From positions 186,001 to 250,000 of the forward strand of contig CBFFRP010000097.1 of NCBI GenBank assembly GCA_965644295.1: a stretch of DNA of 64,000 bases, written 5' to 3'. Source of the DNA: Paraphysomonas bandaiensis (taxonomy: Eukaryota; Protista; Chrysophyceae). Position 1 is the stretch's first letter, and each line of letters begins with the position of its first letter. The notes below the pieces were generated by a model. The model was not told the DNA's origin and did no database searches. It saw only the letters and a list, made by a program, of their open reading frames with translations. Both the position numbers and the translations under genes were made by a program. Shown here piece after piece: positions 59,018-64,000 of this stretch.

Positions 59018-62000
59018 CTATGCATCATCGTTGTAATTGTGCGTCTTCGGCTTAGATCCACTGCTGGAGCTATATGGGAGAAAGAATTCGTCCTCTTTAG
59101 CTGTAGTCGCCACATTGCCGCTGACAAGGTTATTGTAGAAGCCATTAACTTGCGTGATAATCTGGCGAGCTTCCTCGGCACTAGTGGGCTCTTCTTGCGC
59201 AAGCTTATTCTGAGGCTTGCCATCTGAAGTTTTGTAGTTCTTGAGCCAGTCCACGAGACGGGAGATCGTGCCAGGCTTAACACGATCCAAATCATATACG
59301 CTGTGTACTTGATGGAAATGAGGATCAGAAGCCCTAAGCACGATAATCTTGTGGTCGGTCTCTCCCTCATCAATTAGCTCCATAGCACCAAGAACCTTGC
59401 AAGTAACCACCGCTCCCATGGGAAGAGCTCCCTCTCCAATTTCAATAGCATCGATGGGGTCGTTGTCTCCCTTGGCACCAGTCATGGCATCCACATGAGT
59501 GGAGTCCTCCCAGGTTTGAGGAAGCAGACCGTAATTGAAGAACGGTGTGCCGTAAGTGTAGTATCTTGGGGCATTGTTCTTTACATCTTGCATGATGGGA
59601 TTGTGTGGTTCCGTCTTGCTCACTTCCATCTTGGCAGTGGAGTACATCGGGATTTCTACAACAAAGTTAACCTCATGCTGGCTTTCGTCGGCCCACAACG
59701 GAATATCGTGCCAAGGCGACACAACCTTTCCTTCGTGGGTAATATACAGCTTGTAATCAGTTGTGCCGTAGTTGCCTTCATGTTTGGTAGACCTAGCGGT
59801 ATGGGGAACAACATTCTGGATGCTGTATGGAACCCAATCGGGACTGTCAACATTCTGATAATAATCACACACTATTTCCCAACCGGACTGAACCATGAAT
59901 CCGGGAGGGACACAGTTCTCCGCTAGAAGGTCACTGGGGATGGTTTTACCATTACTGACATCGCAAGGTACAGCTCCGGCTTTAGCAAGGGCACGCATCT
60001 TTGACCCGCTGATAGATATGAAATCATCCGGTCTGGAAGGGTCCATATCCTTCATGACATGGTCACGCTTGTCGTAGTACACTTTTCCAAAAGGAAGAAT
60101 CTCCATTGGCTCCTGTCCGGGAGACATAGTCAGGACATATCTGCCGTGGTTACCATCGTAGAGGTCGTCATCAGGATGCGAAACAGCTAGTTCACTGCCT
60201 TTCATACCAGCAGGATCACGGCCAGCAACGAAGAATGAAGCGCCAGCGTTCCTTCTGCTCTTGGCATGGAAAAGAACCTCAGTGGGCCCGGCGTAGATCA
60301 TGGGGGCTGGCCAGATCGCCATCACGGTCGTCTTGGGGTCGAGCATTCCCTCTGCCAATACAGCCTCGTGTTGCTTCACACGCACGTCTAAGGGCACGTC
60401 ATCGCTCTTGGTCCATCCGCCGAGGGGTGACAGCCAGAGGATAGGGTTGTTAAACCCACGCTTCAGAAGCATTTCACGGCCTGTTTTCATGAGGTAGGCA
60501 TGACCCGCGTGAGTAGGGTTTCTTGTCTGAAAAGCAAACACAGCGTCTGCATTCTTGTTCTCGAACTGCTTCATTACCTCCGTGGCGGTCAGGCGCCACT
60601 TATCGAGACCATCGTTGTACTGGATACGTTCAAGCAGTTCAATTTCTCCTCCGATTAACCAGTCGCCACCGGAGTATATATGCTTTATGTACGGATGCCC
60701 AGGATCGATCACTCCAAAGATACGGGACACAATTTCCTCCTTTCTATTGACATAGATTTCCGGGTTGCGAAGAATGGCAAGAGTATTTCCATGTTTACCA
60801 ACAAGTGCGACGGCTCCCTTTCCAGAAGATTCTATCGCTGTCTTAGTATACTCAGTACAGGGAAGTACAATGGGAACAGACATGGACACTCGTTTAGGAG
60901 GGGTGCTGGTGAAGTCCTCCATATCGGTCTTCTTGCTATATATGCCCTTGGTGCCCGTTAGATTGTGGGGGTCCACAAGCATGGAATTGAAGTGCATGGT
61001 CTGTAGCAGTACGCCCTCACGCATAAAACCACGCAGAGGGGCAGCCCAACCCTCACCAATAGTCTGCAGCCAATTCACATCAATGTCCGTAAGAAGAGCC
61101 TTAGGAAGAGTCTCTGCCTCAGCGCGGCGCTGCTTCACCAAGTGCGGAGGAATATGGAGGTCAACAATCTCATCACCATCAGGGTAGGGTAATCCGTTGG
61201 GGAGAGTAGGGCCACCCACAAGTACTCCTTCCTGACGAAGCCGGCGCATGATGACATCTACACTTTGTTGGATAGTCATGTCATGGTTCTTAATCACAAG
61301 GTCGGCATTAGTGGGGGCCTCGTACGGATCATCGACACCTAAAGAACGCAACATAAGATGGAGCTTTGTATATATGTGTACCCCAAATACCAGTAAAATG
61401 CTTGATCTCGCCAGCAGCAACTTTTTTGTACAGACCCTTGGGGTCTCTGTCCTGCACCACAGTAAGCGGCACGTCCATAAACACCTCAAGAAATTTAATG
61501 CCCTGCTCATCGTGTCGCTTGCGAGCCAAGTCTCTGTCCTCACGGTAGGGCGAGACAAGGGACACAATTGTTATTGTACCGGCATCCGAGAACAGACAAG
61601 CCAGCTCACCAACACGACGAACGCTTTCAGCACGGTCAGATTTAGAGAACCCTAGATCACGATTAAGACCAGTGCGAATATTGTCCCCATCAAGACGATA
61701 GACGCTCTTGCCGTAACGGGTGACCAATTGCTCTTCCAACAAACTAGCGATAGTACTTTTTCCACTGCCAGACAATCCAGTCATCCATAAAGTAATTCCT
61801 TTCTGATCAAGAGCAGCATAGCGGCGTTCTCTGGGAAGATGGCAGGCTTCCTGTGATCCACCTTCACCGGCTTCTATGCACTCAATGATATGTGGTTTGG
61901 ACTGGGATAAAATCTTTTCACGGTATGCACCGATATCAAAATCTTCCATATTGAAAGAAGCAGAAGATGTGTGAATAGGATTTGCAGTAGAGGTCATGGC

Positions 62001-62300
62001 AACTTCATCACAGTTCGCGTGTCCTCCGGCTCTGGCCAGTACATACACAATAGCTGACAGCACCATACTGTATACACCCCATTACACATATATCCATATA
62101 TATGCATATGCGACAAGATACTTACAATCCGATACATATATCTCGTTTTTTGGTGAATTCATCACTATCGTGAGCACGGCCTCCATGTCCTGGTGCATCA
62201 GGGTTCTATATCGATACATACACATGTAAGTATCGCCATATATAGACATACATCACACTATACACACCGTTGAAAGCGGGTTATACTCATACCGCGGCAT
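59018..62300 (-). CDS. PAPSS: Trifunctional APS kinase + ATP sulfurylase + inorganic pyrophosphatase (PAPS synthase fusion) with N-terminal signal-anchor, 4 exons
   Basis: Exons 62300-62268, 62205-62126, 62067-61391, 61338-59018. APK: WMTGLSGSGKST, LDGDNIR, RDPKGLY, FTG/VDDPYE. ATPS: QTRNPTHAGH, GRDPAG, ISGSKMR. PPase: SPWHDIPL, NYGLLPQTWE, GDNDPID, DEGETDHK, YK. Confidence 0.95.
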
Positions 62301-62931
62301 TCTCTTCAGAGGGTATCTGATCCTGCAACTTGATGTGCAATATATACCCACAATATAATGATCTACTTCTTATAAATAAGTGAAGTAAGTAGATCACTCC
62401 ACACTGCTATGTATATATGTATGTATGTACGTAAGGTATGTATGTATGACTACTGGTGGTGTGAGCTGTTGATATATTCCACATGCTGTAGATTCCATAT
62501 AAAAAAAAGTAGAAGTCATTTGAAAACCATTCATCTTGAAAAGCTTTCTTTCAGTTTTGATATCACTATGAATGGGATATGAAATACAGAGTATACTGTA
62601 GATGGTATACCCGGCCTCTTCCTCATCATTCATTCATAAAAAAAAAACATCCTTCATCTTTATACGTATGTAAGTGTATATAAGCGTATGTTTCTATATA
62701 TAGATATCTCCATCCATCATCTCCTCCTCCTGTAGGTGTCAGTACACACCATAGTATAGCAGTAACACATCGCCATATGTACACCAGGAGGGAGTGGTAG
62801 TCGACATCTATAGATTAAAGAACAGCATCTCATCACTACTATAGTAACAAGCATTCATATGACTGAATGAGTCATATATTATTATAGCAGTACATCTATA
62901 CGAGGATATATACAGTCAGTCTATCATATAT

Positions 62932-64000
62932 ATGGAGTCACAAACAGGAGATTTAGAAGATTGGCAAGAATGGAACCCATCCAAACTATCATTTGTTGGT
63001 CATATGATTGCAGGAAGTTTTGCTGGTTTAGCAGAACATGTATCTATATTTCCACTCGATACACTTAAGACGAATATACAGTGTGAAAAGTGTGGTTCGA
63101 GTAGTCCGTTTAAAACTTTGAGTTGTGCTCAACGAATTGTTAAGAATGATGGGATATTGCGCTTATGGCGTGGTGTTGGTGCCATGTTTTTAGGGTGTAT
63201 TCCAGGTACAATATTTTTCTGTCATGCTGTTTTGTTAATATAGTTGTTTTAGCACATGCTGCTTACTTTAGCCTTTTCGAAACAATGAAAACTGGATTGG
63301 GTGCAGATAAGGAAGGACATTTTCCATTGGAGGCGGCACTTTGTGGTGCAGCTGCAACATTCGCTCACGATTTCATCATGACACCTTTTGATGTTGTCAA
63401 ACAACGTCTACAATTAGGCTATCACAAGAACCTCTTGGATTGCGCTCGGTCTATACTTTTTCGTGAAGGTCCCAAAGCATTATATCTGTCTTTTCCAACT
63501 ACTGTCGTAATGAATTTACCTTACGGTTGCATAATGGTCTCAACCAATGAATCAGTCCGGAAAGTACTGAATCCTAGTGGTGGTTACTCGATGCAAACGT
63601 CAATGTTGGCAGGGTGTATATCTGGTGCTGTGGCATCCCTAGTCACAACACCGTTAGATGTTGTGAAAACTCGTTTACAAACTCAGAATTTGGTATCCCG
63701 ATCTGTGTCATCAAGTACGATCTCGAGACCTCAAAATGCATTAAATACATTCGCAACGCCAAAGTTATACCCTAGATATATGGTTTCTGTTACTTCTCCA
63801 GAAAAGATTCCGTTTGAAGGGAGTATGCATGGAACACCAAGATATAGCACAATGAGACAGACAATACGACGTATCATTGCAGAAGAAGGGTACTTGGCAT
63901 TTTGGAAAGGGGCTCTCCCTAGAATGATGGTTCATGCTCCTTCGGTTGCCGTATCTTGGACTGCTTACGAGCTCGCGAAATCATGTTTAGAGAATGTATA
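62932..64000 (+). CDS. Mitochondrial iron carrier (mitoferrin, MRS3/4-like SLC25), runs off the window end
   Basis: DWQEW...HMIAGSFAGLAEHVSIFPLDTLKT, GCIP/AHAAYF, HDFIMTPFDVVKQRLQ, SFPTTVVMNLPY, TTPLDVVKTRLQ, PSVAVSWTAYE; intron near 63206-63252. Confidence 0.92.

Noticed and set aside
61339-61567. N-terminus of the 849-aa ORF (MCPLSRPT...) and an apparent frameshift between APK and ATPS
   Set aside because: Explained by a 52-nt GT-AG intron (61339-61390); not a programmed frameshift or two separate genes.
1-64000. Prokaryotic operon, defence system or CRISPR interpretation
   Set aside because: Spliceosomal introns, microsatellites and eukaryote-specific genes (SNARE, PX, mitoferrin, TMEM94) show this is eukaryotic nuclear DNA.

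Overview
Gene-dense eukaryotic nuclear DNA with short (about 45-100 nt) GT-AG introns and AT-rich intergenic spacers. Gene content and style point to a stramenopile, possibly a chrysophyte-like protist; this is inference, not proven. About 24 protein-coding genes can be read by hand-splicing: a helical-repeat protein (5'-truncated), an LEA-like protein, a cysteine-dioxygenase-like cupin head-to-head with an MsrB-like gene, a C1GALT1-like GT31, a CCCH-REX4 exonuclease, a bacterial-type GH55, an ENT-like transporter, OGG1, a PX protein, a two-pore K+ channel, a minimal SNARE, a membrane-anchored GH32, a likely mitochondrial protein, two ankyrin proteins, an EF-hand kinase, a mucin-like protein, an FAD monooxygenase, TMEM94, a Q-rich repeat protein, an atypical bZIP, an APS kinase/ATP sulfurylase/pyrophosphatase fusion and mitoferrin (3'-truncated). 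Between them lie a rearranged Mutator-like element, a piggyBac-like relic, MITEs, a 175-bp tandem duplication and long (GTAT)n tracts. Two observations stand out. (1) Two small upstream exons give the triple PAPS-synthesis fusion a type II signal anchor, suggesting PAPS synthesis on or inside the secretory pathway. (2) The Mutator element carries a 143-bp perfect inverted duplication of its own transposase sequence, an architecture reminiscent of maize Mu killer. No rRNA, tRNA or CRISPR array was recognised. All calls are by eye; no searches were run.
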